From contig OZ336887.1 of NCBI GenBank assembly GCA_965287045.1, positions 22,692,001-22,756,000 of the forward strand: 64,000 nt of DNA. The letters are read 5' to 3'. The notes below the pieces were generated by a model, which was not told the DNA's origin, ran no database searches, and was given only the letters and a program-made list of their open reading frames with translations. Below are positions 63,870-64,000 of this stretch, piece after piece. The stretch is from Carcharhinus amblyrhynchos (taxonomy: Eukaryota). The position numbers and the translations under genes were made by a program. Every line of letters starts with the position of its first letter. The stretch's first letter is position 1.

Positions 63870-64000
63870 GAGTAGAAGGCCATTCAGCCCATTGAGCCTG
63901 CATCCTGAGCATCCCACCCAAGTTCAGTCTCCATAACCCACGTATTTACCCTGCTAATCCCCTGACACTAAGGGGTAATTTAGCATGGCCAGTCAATCTA
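63870..64000 (-). mobile_element. 3' part of an HE1-type SINE/CR1 tail, running off the window edge
   Basis: GAAGGCCATTCAGCCCATTGAG..CACTAAGGGGTAATTTAGCATGGCCA is the reverse complement of the HE1 3' half. Confidence 0.7.

Overview
Vertebrate genomic DNA, almost certainly a shark/chondrichthyan (HE1/V-SINE, SacSINE1-like Deu-SINEs, abundant CR1/L2 LINEs and Penelope-type termini). There are no prokaryotic features. Two spliced genes sit head-to-head around a CpG-rich promoter at ~38.0-38.3 kb. On +, RBBP6 coding exons 1-4 (DWNN ubiquitin-like domain) are present, along with an intact intron-3 read-through and intronic poly(A) signal that would give the short DWNN-only isoform, plus a candidate extra in-frame exon. 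On -, six coding exons form a strongly diverged HELZ-like gene, most of it invisible in the ORF track. It keeps HELZ exon sizes and phases but has only roughly one-third identity to HELZ as I recall it. Its position beside RBBP6 suggests a whole-genome-duplication paralogue not known in mammals. The rest is mostly nested transposon debris. Notable pieces are a composite U1+U2 snRNA-derived, A-tailed element (SINEU-like), several long inverted repeats (one with hammerhead-like cores) and a decayed hAT transposon with a subterminal repeat array. All comparisons to human sequences and repeat families are from memory, not from a database search.
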